Source: Mobula hypostoma
Taxonomy: Eukaryota
Direction: 5' to 3'
NCBI RefSeq assembly: GCF_963921235.1
Contig: NC_086097.1
Span: 209,686,001-209,750,000, forward strand
Length of the DNA stretch: 64,000 bases
Shown here: positions 12,191-24,629 of the stretch, piece by piece
How positions within the stretch are numbered: the stretch's first letter is position 1
Layout of the letters: every line of letters starts with the position of its first letter
Made by a program: the position numbers and the translations under genes
Notes under the pieces: generated by a model
Databases searched by the model: none
Told to the model about the DNA's origin: nothing
The model's input: only the letters and a program-made list of their open reading frames with translations

Positions 12191-12596
12191 TTTTACCCCT
12201 TCCCTTCTCCTTACCTCCCTATCACGCACTTCTGATGCCTACCCTCTTCCCCTTTCTCCCACGGTCCCCTCTCCTCTCTTATTAAGTTCCTCCTTCAGTC
12301 CATTACCTATTCCCCCATCCCCTCTATACTCCTCATATAGTATACCCCCCACCCCCACCCACATTCCTTCCCCCTCACCTGGTCTCACCCATCACCTTCC
12401 AGCCTGTACTTCTTCCCCTTCCCACTTTCTTATTCTGGCTTCTACTCACTTCCTTTCCCGTGCTGATGATGGGTCTCAGCCCTAAGCATTGACTCTTTAT
12501 TTCTCTCCCTAGATGCTGCCTGACCTGCTGAGTTCCTCAAGCATTTTGTGTGTGTTGCTCTACATTTCCAGTACCTGCAGTGTATCTTTTGTTTGT
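12190..12596 (+). mobile_element. Old PLE pLTR (pyrimidine-rich arm, decayed hammerhead, tail)
   Basis: gCTGATGAtgggtctcagccctaagcattgact followed by agatgctgcctgacctgctgagttcctc...tgtgtgttgct. Confidence 0.75.
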
Positions 12597-12924
12597 GGTC
12601 ATAGCTTACCACATAGATATGAGGGAATAAACCTGTTAGGGATTCTGCTGCACTAGGGAGTGCAAATAACTTAATACCTATTTGACATCAGCAATGGAAA
12701 GGGTTGGATTCAAGAGTCCTCGGAAAGCAGCATTTGAAATGTTAGTAGTGGGAATCAATATCTCTGGATAGATATTGTTTGTGTAGCAAAGAGAGTTAAA
12801 TCTAGAAACTTAGAGCAATGAATGCCATAGAGATTGGAACCTGTTAAGCAGGAGAGGGTGACAACAAAGAGGTTGTCAGAAAGTGGAGGTGGACATAACA
12901 TTATGTACAACAGTAGTCACTTGA

Positions 12925-14112
12925 CCACAATGTATGCAGAGATATTTAAATCATCTTTAGCGACAGGTGAGGTACCAGAGGTTTGGAGGATGTTGTTCTG
13001 CTGATTAAAGAAAGGCTCTAAATGTAAACCTGAAAATTATAGGCTGGTAATTCTGACCGGTAAGTTATGGGAAAGTTATTGGAAGGTATTCTTAGGGACC
13101 AGATATATAAGTATTTGGATAGACGTGCACTAATTAAGGACAGTCAGCATGGCTTCGTGCGTGATAGGTCACGTCGAACCAATCTTATAGAGTTTTTCGA
13201 GGAAGTTACCAGGTAAGTGGATGAAGGCAAGGTAGTGGATGTTGTCTACATGGATTTTAGCAAGGCATTTGACAACGTCCCACATGGGAGGTTGGTCAGG
13301 AAAGTTCATTTCCTTGGCATTCAAGATGAGGTAGCAAATTTAACTAGGTATTGGCTTTGTGAGAGAAGCTGGAGAGTGGTAGTAGATAACTGCCTTTCTG
13401 ACTGGAAGCCTGTGACTAGTGGAGTGCCACTGGGACTGGTGCTGGGTTCATAGTTGTTTGTCATCTATATCAACGATCTGGATGATAATTTGGTTAACTG
13501 GATCAGCAAGTTTGCAGATGCCACCAAGTTTAGGGGTGTATTGTTCAGTGAGAAAAGCTATTTTAGCTGGCAGAGGGTTCTGGATCATCTGAAAAAATGA
13601 GCTGAAAAATGGCAGAGGGAATTTAATGCAGACAAATGTGAGGTGTTGCAATTTGGTAGGACCAACCAGGGTAGGTTTTACACAGTGAATGGTAGGACAC
13701 AGAGGAGTGTGGTTGAACAGAGGGGTCTAGGGATACAGGTTCACAATTTGTTGAAAGTGGTGTCACAGGTAGAAAGGATCATGAAGAAAGTTATAGATAG
13801 GGTAAATGTAAGAAGGCATTTTCCATTGAGGTTGGGTGAGACTACAACCGGAGGTCATGGGTTAGGGTGAATGGTGAAAAGTTTAAGAGAAACATAAGGG
13901 TCATGAGAATATGGAAGGAGCTACCTGCACAAATGGTGCATGCGAGCTCAATTTCAATGTTTGAGCAAAGTTTGGATAGGTACTGAGTGGTAGGGGAGCG
14001 GACGGCTATGATCCTGGTGCAGGTCAATGGGACTAAGCATTTTAATGGTTTTTGCGTGGACTAGCTGTGCCAAAGGTCCTGTTTCTGTGCTGTACTTTTT
14101 ATGACCCTATGG
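12925..14112 (+). mobile_element. Degraded CR1
   Basis: DEGKVVDVVYMDFSKAFDNVPHGRL, VTSGVP, and a CR1 3' UTR at ~13860-14110. Confidence 0.9.
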
Positions 14113-14359
14113 AAGATCTGTTTAAGGGATTCATTTCATGTGTGCGCTTTCAGAGAATTACGTATATTCCCACATGAATCTATTATTCTATGTGGGAATA
14201 ACAGTGGAAGCTAATTAAGCCAGTTTTAAGACTGGCAGACATTACTGCAAAATTAGGCCATTTGGTCCATCGAGTTAGGTACTGGAGGAGCTGAACAACA
14301 TAATTGGCAGGCACAAGATTGTGCACCCTAATACCTTCCCTATCATTGTGGGAGATTTC

Positions 14360-15360
14360 ATAAGACTATAAGACATAGGAGTAGAATTAAGCCACTCAGC
14401 CCATCGAATCTACTCTGCTGTTCCATCATGACTGATTTATTATCCCTCCCAACCCCATTCCTGCCTTCTCCCTGTTAACCTTTGAGGCACTGACTAATCA
14501 AGAACCTATCAACCTCTGATTTAATTTTATGCAATGATGACCTCCACAGCCTTCTATGGCAATGTATTCCACGGATTCACAACACTCAGACTAAAGAAAT
14601 AGTCATAGTCATAGTCATACCTTATTAATCCCAGGGGAAATTGGTTATTGTTACAGTTGCTCCATAAATAATAAATAGTAATAGAACCATAAATAGTTAA
14701 ATAGTAATATGTAAATTATGCCAGTATATTATGAAATAAGTCCAGGACCAGCCTATTGGCTCAGGATGTCTGACCCTCCAAGGGAGGAGTTGTAAAGTTT
14801 GATGGCCACAGGCAGGAATGACTTCCTATGACGCTCAGTGCTGCATCTCGGTGGAATGAGTCTCTGGCTGAATGTACTCCTGTGCCCTCCCAGTACATTA
14901 TGTAGTGGATGGGAGAGATTGACCAAGATGGCATGCAACTTAGACAGCATCCTCTTTTCAGACACCACCGTGAGAGTGTCCAGTTCCATCCCCACAACAT
15001 CACTGGCACTACAAATGAGCTTGTTGATTCTGTTGGTGTCTGCCACCCTCCTCAACTATTCAAAGGGGAATCCTTGTACTCTAAGGCTGTGCCCTCTGGT
15101 TCTAGACTACCCTGCTATTGGAAACACCACCTCAACTTCTTTCTAGAATATTCAATGGTTTCTTTTTAAGTATTCAATGGTTTCAATGAAATCCCCCTCA
15201 TTCTTGTAAAGTATAGGCCCAGAGCCATCAGATGCTCCTCAGACATTAACCCTTTTATACAAGGACCATTCTTGTGAACCTCCTCTGGACCATCTTCGAT
15301 GCCAGCAGATTCTTTCTTACGTAAGGAACCAAAAACTATTCACAATACTCCAAGTGTCAT
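14360..15360 (-). mobile_element. CR1 3' fragment interrupted by a Rex1-type insertion
   Basis: CR1 3' UTR and tail at 14360-14600. CR1 sequence resumes at ~15048 (ctcctcaac...ctgtgccctctggtt). Confidence 0.75.
14599..15048 (-). mobile_element. Rex1/Babar-type LINE 3' fragment
   Basis: (catagt)n tail and ORF ADTNRINKLI...HPLH...RHRKSFLPVAIKLYN. Near-identical to 44210-44650. Confidence 0.85.
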
Positions 15361-16219
15361 TGTAATCTAATTTCTTGGTTATCGTAATTTATTAGTTTTT
15401 ATTTACATTCAGATGCATCTAAATCAAATTGGAAATTAGATAAGATTTTTTCTTCCTCGTTCAGATACTCCTATAAGCAAGCAGTGCTCATACTTTAACA
15501 TGAAAATATTTTAAGTTTATCTGCAGGTTTGCACTCATGGATTGCATTGCAGACATGTTTGTATTTGCTTATCAATACACGCAGATGGTTTTTGAGAAAT
15601 AGGGGAGGCCAGAATGGTACAAATGTTGACTTTACAGTATTATTAAAGTCTACAAACTTAAATTACACTTCAGTAAAATTACTGAATGTTCAATGAAGTT
15701 ACATATATCATCTCAAAATTAGGATTTCATTTACAATGAAACAAAGAGTATAGATAATTTTGGGGTTGTCATTTCCTGGTACTGAGAATATTAATTAAAT
15801 AATTGAGCATGTCAGTTATGTTTAAACCAACATGAAACTGCTTTTTCTACAACAGCAGAATAGAGGATTCCTGTTTAGTGTTCAACGCTCTGGCACATTT
15901 GAATTTGTCTACTACATGTGGTCAGGTTCAGTTTTGCTCATTAAAAATCATGGCACAGTGAACAGCAACCTATCTCAGACTGACATGGTTAGGGTTACTT
16001 ACATTCTCAACAGTTCACAATTACAAATTTAAAATGCTTACTGATCGATTGAAACAGAAGGAAGTAATGAAGGGTGTGGGTTAAACAAGGGGAAGGTAGC
16101 CTTCTCTCCTACTCTGAAGATGTAAGTGTTTCTAGGCCAAAGAAGTAAAGATTATGTCAACAAATCTAATAGTTGCTGGTGAACGCAGCAGGCCAGGCAG
16201 CATCTCTAGGAAGAGGTGC

Positions 16220-16255
16220 AGTCGACGTTTCAGGCCGAGACCCTTCGTCAGGACT
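16220..16255 (-). ncRNA. Minimal hammerhead ribozyme (intact core)
   Basis: Reverse complement reads AGTC CTGACGA AGG gtctcgg CCT GAAA CG TC^GACT. Confidence 0.85.
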
Positions 16256-16554
16256 AACTGAAGGAAGAGTGAGTAAGGGATTTGAAAGCTGGAGGGGGAG
16301 GGGGAGATCCAAAATGATAGGAGAAGACAGGAGGGGGAGGGATAGAGCTGAGAGCTGGACAGGTGATAGGCAAAAGGGGATACGAGAGGATCATGGGACA
16401 AGAGGTCCGGGAAGAAAGACAAGGCGGGGGGGAGGGACCCAGAGGATGGGCAGGGGGTATATTCAGAGGGACAAAGGGAGAAAAAGGAGAGGTGAGAGAA
16501 AGAATGTGTGTATAAAAATAAGTAACAGATGGGGTACGAGGGGGAGGTGGGGCA

Positions 16555-16881
16555 TTAACGGAAGTTAGAGAAGTCGATGTTCATGCCATCAGGTTGGAGG
16601 CTACCCAGACGGAATATAAGGTGTTGTTCCTCCAACCTGAGTGTGGCTTCATCTTTACAGTACAGGAGGCCATGGATAGACATGTCAGAATGGGAATGGG
16701 ATGTGGAATTAAAATGTGTTGCCACTGGGAGATCCTGCTTTCTCTGGTGGACAGAGCGTAGATGTTCAGCAAAGCGGTCTCCCAGTCTGCGTCGGGTCTC
16801 GCCAATATATAAAAGGCCACATCGGGAGCACCGGACGCAGTATATCACCCCAGTCGACTCACAGGTGAAGTGTTTCCTCAC
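16555..16881 (-). pseudogene. PLE GIY-YIG endonuclease domain (5'-truncated)
   Basis: FTCESTGVIYCVRCSRCGLLYIGETRRRLGDRFAEH...RLEEQHLIFRLGSLQPDGMN: VIY-YIG motif with Cys spacing typical of PLEs. Confidence 0.9.
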
Positions 16882-18052
16882 CTGGAAGGACTGTTTGGGG
16901 CCCTGAATGGTAGTAAGGGAGGAAGTGTAAGGGCATGTGTAGCACTTGTTCCGCTTACACGGATAAGTGCCAGGAGGGAGATCAGTGGGGAGGGGGAATT
17001 TCCGGCATCTGCATAATTCCTGTTGTCAACAAATCTGCTATTTTGATAGGTGTCAGTTCATTCCTGTTTACATTTACTCAAGGAAGCTCTGCTCAATTAT
17101 CCAGGATTATTGACCTTTCATCAAATTTCCAAGATTAACATTAATCTTTTTTTCTTGGAAAATCTCTAATTTTATCATAAAAATAACTTTCTATCTTCCT
17201 CCCAAATAAGTTTGTTTTATATTCCCAGCCAATGTTTCAGTCTTCAATTTATTGAGTAGCTTACTTGAATGAACTCAGATTAAGTATGGTCTAAAGTCAT
17301 AGAAATTGCAGCATAGAAGAAGCCTTTTGATTGATTATCCTCGTCCACCATTTCTATTATTTTGTTAATATTGCGGAGTTTCTTTTATGCTGTTGTCACT
17401 GAATGGCAACATCATACATTGGGATGAAAATACATTGACACAGCTCCAAGGTAAACCATGCTGTGATGTTGAAAATCGGCTTAACCCAGAATAGAGCAAT
17501 TTAGCACACCTTTCTGGATGATTTGCCACACATTTGGAAATACATTTCATTTTTCAGTGGTATATTTATTCTCCCTCACACTTTTTCTGTGCAGTAATCT
17601 CCCTGATTTGACATCTACATGAAGTTCATCTACTGTACAGTGAGATTTTCAACCCTCCTGCTCTGCAAAACAACACTTATATTTACTCACAAACCCCAGT
17701 TTTTCAACCAGAATCACTCCCTGTGCATTATTTTCTATGAGCTCCTATAATTCAAATACAAATTGGCATATCTGCTTTGGCTGCTTTGCACATGGAAATC
17801 AGTATCATCAAGATTCTCAGCTTTCTAGCTTCAGGACCATTCCAGACCACTGCTACATTCAAGTTTGCCATTCACTGTTGTCCTAATAGGTCATCTAACT
17901 TCCTTACTAAAAGTGAGGAGCCTTTTATTTTTCTTTAAGTATGGACAAACAGGCAGAATTTGTACAGGTATGTAACTGCATTGCCCCAAAATGTAGGTAT
18001 TCATGTTCCCAAGGAGACTTCCAAGAATGCCTTCCTGTAGCCCTAATAGAGG

Positions 18053-18363
18053 TGGCAGAGTAAACTAGTGGTTAGGGTAACACTGTTACAGCACCAGATT
18101 CACCAATCGAGGTTCAGATCCCACCACTGTCTATGAGGAGTTTGTACTTTCTCCCCATGACTGTGTTGGTTTCTTCCAGGTGCTGTGGTTTCCTCCTACA
18201 TTCCAAAGACTTATGGTTAGGGTTAGTAAGTTGTGGGCATGCTATGTTGGCATTGGAAGTGTGATAACCTTGCTAATTTGATTTGTTTCAAATGACTCAG
18301 TTACTGTATTTTATTGTATGGTATAATTTTTCAATATACAGGTGAGAAATAAAGCTAATCTTT
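18053..18363 (+). mobile_element. V-SINE (HE1-like) copy
   Basis: B-box-like ggttcagatcc, then V-domain gagtttgtactttctccccatgactgtgttggtttcttccaggtgctgtggtttcctcctacattccaaagac, ending aaataaagctaatc. Confidence 0.75.
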
Positions 18364-18881
18364 AGTATGTCTCTGCACAATTAATAAGAAACCTTTTGGA
18401 AAGTGTTCCTTACCAATCACTCCAGGTTTGTCTAATCTCTTGGAATCACTCTCCCACTCCCCTCTTGTCTTTTCAGCATTCACCTTTTCTATTATCAATA
18501 GCAATACTCTCCAGTTGCTGAAAGAGTACTACTTGTATTCTGTATGCTCATCTAAGAGATTATCACACAAAGAGCTTTGGGGTGACCCATAAGACTGTCT
18601 GAATGCCAAAATATGGCATTGGGCAATTTCTGAACCAGTATATGTTACAAGTGAAAAGTCGTGAGGTTAAACAATCAACAGTTAGCCTGCCAAATCACAA
18701 CCCTTCCCATTTATTTGTTTATTAACAATAACACCAACAAATCAGCTGTGCAGTGGAAATTAGCCATTGGCCCAAATATCTTCTTTGTTTCAGTAAGCAA
18801 GGCTGATATAGTAGTGCTAATTTGGAAAAGTATGTTCCTCTGTATATCAGAAGAACCAGAACTCTCTGTTGGCCCTGTGAG

Positions 18882-19904
18882 CTATGTTCCCTCTAAACTG
18901 TCACGCGTGCGCGTGCACACACGTTTTTCAACCAGCGCACAAGGGAAATTAATGTGCGCACGAAAGGTTAGTTACCTAAAATAATGTAGTAATTAATAAT
19001 TATACTTACTGAAAGCAATCTTTTAGCTAAATGTTTCTGTTAATTAGTTAGTCGGTTTTTCAAATACCACAATGCACGTCACTAATTTACATCACCTCAT
19101 TTTTCCTTTTCTGGTTTGTACAGCTGTATCATGGCGGCAGCCATCTTTGGCGGAAAGTGTTCATATCGTAAAGTTTACAAAGATCTGTTTTAAATCCTGT
19201 AGATAGCTTACTAAATTTTTATTGAAAAAAATATTGATTCACTATGTCGAATTCAAAGGAAGCAAAGGGTGTGAAGTACAAAAGAACTGCAAATTTGTTT
19301 AAAGTTGAATGGCTTCACAAAATAGTAGAAACTGCCACACCGAAAGCTCATGAGGTCATGAACGTTCAGCTACGAGAAATATTTATGATTTCAAATTTTC
19401 CATGCAAGAAAAAATTAAATCCAAACTGATTTCGAACTTTGCTCAAGTGGTGGCATTTGTACTTCAAAATGAGCAGTTTTGTGATCTTGCACAGTTGATG
19501 GACATTGGGGGAACCTTTCCTGCATCTAGTGCAGACTATGAGCGAGGTTTTAGCCTAATGAATCAACTCAAAAACAAGCTGAGAAACCATTTAGGTGAAT
19601 GTCATTTGGATACGTTAATGAGAATCAAAAGCTCTCAATTGAATAGAAGTTCTATTAGTCTAGATAGAGTTTACAAAGAATGGGTACATGCCAAAGGCAG
19701 GAGAGAGAAAAAATAACTGAGTGACTTAAATACGTATGTTATTTTGTTGTTATTCTGTGCAGTTTTATGTCAAATATTTTGTAAACCTACATAAACTGTG
19801 CCATGTGTGTATTCAGTGCGCACATACTTTTGTCACAGGAAGAAAATTTGCACAACATAAGATTTTTTGCGCACACTGACTACTAAAAATTAGAGGGAAC
19901 ATTG
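18882..19904 (+). mobile_element. Internally deleted hAT transposon (Tip100/Zaphod-like termini)
   Basis: 15-bp TIRs ctatgttccctctaa / ttagagggaacattg, 8-bp TSD cctgtgag / cctgtgaa. Transposase N-terminus (19244) is fused to the hAT dimerisation domain PASSADYERGFSLMNQLKNKLRNHL. Confidence 0.92.
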
Positions 19905-20076
19905 CCTGTGAACATCCCTTTGTTTGTTTTCTAGTTTGGCCGAAGCTCATAATTGAAGCCAAAAAAAAAGCATAGAAGCTAGAGATCCAAAACAACATTT
20001 AAGCAAGTAATTGAGTGCAACCATTGAGTAAATGGTTTGAAAACAATGAATCTGTCTGCAAATCCATGAGCTCTTC

Positions 20077-20400
20077 ATAAGACCATGAAGCATAGGAGCA
20101 GAATTAGGTGAAATGGAATGGTTGAGTGTTGGCTAATATATTGGCCCCCTCAACCCCATTTTCATTGCTTCTCCCCATTACCTTTGACACCCTTACTAAT
20201 CAAGAACATTTACATATGCCCATATATTACTTGGCCTCCATAGCTGTCTGTGGCAATGAATTTCACAGTTTCAGCACCCTATGGCTAAAGAAATTACTCC
20301 TCATATCGGTTGTACAGGATGTCCTTCAATTCTGAAGCTGTGCCCTCTGGTCTTACTATAGGAAGCATGCTCTCTACATCCACTCCATCTTGGTCCTTCA
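20077..20400 (-). mobile_element. CR1 3' fragment
   Basis: cataagaccat tail and CR1 3' UTR motifs (ggagcagaattagg, gaatttcacag...ggctaaagaaatt). Confidence 0.75.
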
Positions 20401-22481
20401 GCCTCATTTCTGACCCACAGCAGGTATTCTGGAATTTTGGTTAGCAAGTGTAAGCTTTCATATTTACAGAAAAAAAAAGCAAAAGTTAGATTGTAGTGAA
20501 AGAAAATGAATAAACAAATAGTATTTCAAAGTAAAGCGAACAAGATAGCATTGCCAGTGTTAATATCCCACCATCTACTTCCCTTTTATCTTCTGTATTT
20601 ATTTAAATCTCCTGTGCTGATTCAAGTTGCTGGCCTAGAAGTTATTTTGCACCTATAGATCATCAGTTGTCCATTACAAAGCACAAAGTACAAGAAGTCA
20701 CAGTTGAAGGTATGACTCTCTCTTGCAAGGGCTGGAGGTAGGGGTTTACAAAAGTGCAAGGCAAGCTATAGGGCAAGGCTGGGAGAGGCAGGGTTATTTG
20801 AAAGGAAGTCTTTGGTAGCTCAGAGTTCAGCGTGGATCATTCTGTATCAGACTAGAGATGGTCAGAATCACCAGATGGCAAGGGACAAGAGTTACACTCA
20901 ATGATCAGGATTGGCAAGTGTCGAACTCAAAATCAGGTTGGGGAAGAGGTGGGTACAGGATTGTGGCCTGCAGGAAGTGTCAGGACAGTGAATAGGGAGG
21001 CGTTTGCGGGAGACTGAAAAGAGATGAACTCAGAAGGGTTCATAAACTTTGGAAATTCTCTTTCTGCTCAGGTAGCTATAGGATTCTCATAATGAAATAG
21101 AAAGTCCCAAATTATCTTCTGGTGATGTCACAATACTCATAGTACACAAATTTTATTAACAGATCTTTAAACAAAACATTGCTTTATGCTGCAGTATTTC
21201 TGGACTCATTAATTTTAATAACTTTTCATGGATTACAATTCCAAATGTAACCATAATGCCAGACTTCAAAATTAAGTATGAAGTATGAGAAGCTTTTCAT
21301 AGTCATCGTGACAATCTTGATACAATCATTTTCACATGATTGGAGTTGTTGCAGTTGGGATTTCACATGACTTTCCAAGTTTTATCTCTGCTAAATAATT
21401 TTAGAGAAATCTGTTTGCTGCATTAATTTATAACTATAAGCATTATAAAGCATTATTTCTGTAAGCATTTACCAAAGTCACCCAACTGTTGATCAGAGTA
21501 ATACAAGGACCTTTAGTGCAATGAATTCTTGGGTGAACAATCCTTTCCTGTATCCAGTTTGCATTTGGCATTGTCATTTAAGACTGATGTGGATTTATTT
21601 TCCAAATATACATTTTACTAGAAATGTATACTGTAAATACAATTGTCTTTCTGTAAATTCATTGTCTCGTCAATTCAAAAAATTCTCTTACAAATCCTCA
21701 AGCAACACAACCCTGAAGTATTTAACAGGAAGTTACACAGAGGCCAGCCACTGGATACCCATTGATGACAGGACTCCAAAACTGTGGTCATTCTTCCCAA
21801 AGTCTGTGATAGCTGCTCCAGCCTTCAGTACGTACCTCAATACATATGCCTACACTTTGGAGTGTGCCAGCATTTGCTTACAGACGTCTGCTTACACTGG
21901 AAGACCAACATGTTTTAGACCGACCAAAGTGCAACTTTTACTGAATTGATGATCTTCCAGCAGCAAATGGATATTTGTCTCAGTATGCATCCCTGGGAAC
22001 AGCCCATGAATCAGCTGTTACCATAAGCCATCAGAGCAAAATTAGGCCATTCAGTCTATCGGATATGCTCCACAATTACACAGCTGCTCTGGATGAATCA
22101 CAACAAAGTTCCTTAAGTTTGATCCAACTGCTTAGGTTTAAGTGTTATTTTCTTTGCAGTTTAACAATCAATCTGCTTATATTTTAAGTAGCCTTTGTAC
22201 ATAACAGTTTGATATGCCTCTAGTGGCTATACAAAGCATAATTCCAAAGATTCTTTGTTTCATTAAGTGGCTAGTATTTTCTCATTGTTTAATTTTATGC
22301 CAGTATTGAATAAGCATTTTCTAATTGGTTGTCTCTTATCTATGGAATTTCTTTTTATCTCTTGGGTATAAAAGCTGTTGTATGGTAGGTGCCATCTTTA
22401 AATTTTCTCTTCCTCAAGTAGTAAGACCTCCTATCACTATGCTGTTCCTGTTCTACTCGTCATATCAACTTTTAATAAAAT

Positions 22482-23332
22482 GATAAGAACATAAGAAATA
22501 GGAGCAGAAGTAGGCCATCTGGCCCGACGAGCCTGCTCTGCCATTCAATAAGACCATGGCTGATCTGGCCTTTTCACCATAACCTTTAATTCCTGTACTA
22601 TGCAAAAATCTATCCAATCTTGTCTTAAATATATTTATTGAGGGAGCCTCCATTGCTTTATTGGGCAGAGAATTCCACAGATTCACCACTCTCTGGGAAA
22701 AACAGTTCCTTCTCATCTCAGCCCTAAAGCTACTCCCCCAAATCTTGAAGCTATGTCCCCTAATTCTAGTCTTACCTACCAGTGGAAACAACTTTCCTGC
22801 CTCTATCTTACCTATCCCTTTCATAATTTTATATGTTTCTGTAAGATCTCCTCTCGTTCTTCTGAATTTCGGCAAGTACAGTCCCAGGCGACTCAATCTC
22901 TCCTCATAGTCTAACCCCCTCATCTCTGGAATCAACCTGGTGAACCTCCTCTGCACCACCTTCAAAGTAAGTATACCGTTACTCAAATAAGGAGACCAGA
23001 AGTGCATGCAGTACTGTAGGTGGGGCTTCACCAGTGTGCTGTACAGTTGCAGCATAACCTCCCTGTTCTTAAATTCAATCCCTCTAGCAATGAAAGCACC
23101 TGCAAACCAACCTTTTGTGAATCACGCAAAGTTCCTATGCACAGTAGCATTCTGCAATTCTTTACCATTTAAATTATAATCTGCTCTTTCAATTTTCGTT
23201 CCAAAGTGAATGACCTCACATTTACCAACATTGTACTCCGTCTGATAGACCGTTGCCCACTCACTTAACCTACCTATATCTCTCTGCAGACTCTTTGTAT
23301 CTTCTGCACAATTTGCTTTTCCACACAATTTA
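22482..23332 (-). mobile_element. CR1 3' part (continues at 25405 after hAT insertion)
   Basis: ORFs 22465-23055 and 23122-23328 with CR1 motifs, and an ataagaac tail. Confidence 0.9.
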
Positions 23333-23392
23333 CAGACATCTCACCCTGCAAAAACTCATTTCAGAGAGGTCTCAACTGGAAGTCTCAACCTC

Positions 23393-23749
23393 TTAGCAGT
23401 CTGTGTCAATGAATTTGTTAGTTTTGCAAGACATCAGATTCGCAAGTGTTTTGTGAGACAGCTGACTTCTGAATTCTGTCTTAATGTGCCATGTTCACAA
23501 TAGCTGCTGTCTTGGTTGATGAGCAGGCATAGTTTTTTTTGCTATTTCTGAATCAGGAAACACTTTCCTGAATAGCTTGCCGGTGTGCGTACACACCTGG
23601 AATGGCAGGTTATGCTCAACGATGAAAGATGTAAAGTACACCTCAGCTCTAGTGACCTTCTCGGTCAGACTTTGGTTTTCTGCTGAAAAGAACTGTGAAA
23701 TACTTGAGTAGCCTTCCCTGCGCTTAACCTCCCTGATATGTTGTGGTCC
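23393..23749 (-). pseudogene. hAT transposase remnant (putative exon 2, internally deleted)
   Basis: Manual translation: GPQHIREVKRREGYSSISQFFSAENQSLTEKVTRAEVYFTSFIVEHNLPFQVCTHTGKLFRKVFPDSEIAK(fs)YACSSTKTAAIVN, joined to C-terminal HIKTEFRSQLSHKTLANLMSCK. Confidence 0.8.
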
Positions 23750-23867
23750 CTAAGAGAAATAAAAGCACAAGGTGTATCCTTATTACAGGTGTACGCCACT
23801 TAACATCCATTTGGACAATGTCCGATTGCGTATACATCCGTAGTCTGTCCGTCTGTCTGACACTCAA

Positions 23868-23868
<1 letters not shown>

Positions 23869-23926
<58 letters not shown>
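23869..23926. repeat. (CT)n(CA)n microsatellite
   Basis: About 25 CA units preceded by a short CT run. Confidence 0.98.
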
Positions 23927-23929
<3 letters not shown>

Positions 23930-24221
23930 ACCCACCCTGCAATAATCGGGATCAGAACTTACTTTTTCACATTGAAATGGGGGATTTTAAATGAGTGATT
24001 TAGAAGTTCTGTATCTTCAAGTTCAAGTTTATTGTCATCTGGCTGATTGTCCACAAATGAAACATCCTCTGTACGGACCACGGTGTAGCCACAATACATA
24101 TATCATGCACACCACATAAAACAATATAACAGGAATTCTACAGATGCTGGAAATTCAAGCAACACACATCAAAGTTGCTGGTGAACGCAGCAGGCCAGGC
24201 AGCATCTGTAGGAAGAGGTGC

Positions 24222-24257
24222 AGTCGACGTTTCAGGCCGAGATCCTTCGTCAGGACT
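24222..24257 (-). ncRNA. Minimal hammerhead ribozyme
   Basis: Reverse complement reads AGTC CTGACGA AGG atctcgg CCT GAAA CG TC^GACT. Confidence 0.8.
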
Positions 24258-24593
24258 AACTGAAGGAAGAGTGAGTAAGGGATTTGAAAGTTGGAGGGGG
24301 AGGGGGAGATCCAAAATAATAGGAGAAGACAGGAGGGGGAGGGATAGAGCCAAGAGCTGGACAGGTGATAGGCAAAAGGGGATACGAGAGGATCATGGGA
24401 CAGGAGGTCCGGGTCACCCCCCTCCCCTGTCTTTCTTCCCGGACCTCCTGTCCCATGATCCTCTCGTATCCCCTTTTGCCTATCACCTGTCCAGCTCTCG
24501 GCTCTATCCCTCCCCCTCCTGTCTTCTCCTATCATTTTGCATCTCCCCCTCCCCCTCCAGCTTTCAAATCCCTTACTCACCCTTCCTTCAGTT

Positions 24594-24629
24594 AGTCCTG
24601 ACGAAGGGTCTCGGCCTGAAACGTCGACT
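24594..24629 (+). ncRNA. Minimal hammerhead ribozyme
   Basis: AGTC CTGACGA AGG gtctcgg CCT GAAA CG TC^GACT, predicted cut after 24625. Confidence 0.85.

Larger units (their letters stand above)
16168..17023 (-). mobile_element. Penelope-like element (GIY-YIG end, pLTR, inverted tail)
   Basis: GIY-YIG ORF 16555-16881, intact hammerhead 16220-16255, inverted tail 16997-17023, exact 13-bp TSD tgtcaacaaatct (16155-16167 and 17024-17036). Confidence 0.92.

Noticed and set aside
12063..12485. 140-aa Pro/Ser-rich ORF
   Set aside because: Translation of the pyrimidine-rich PLE arm.
18215..18226. Telomere-like GGTTAGGGTTAG
   Set aside because: Only two units, and internal to a V-SINE.
21521..21949. 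142-aa ORF in unique sequence
   Set aside because: No recognisable domain or convincing splice structure.
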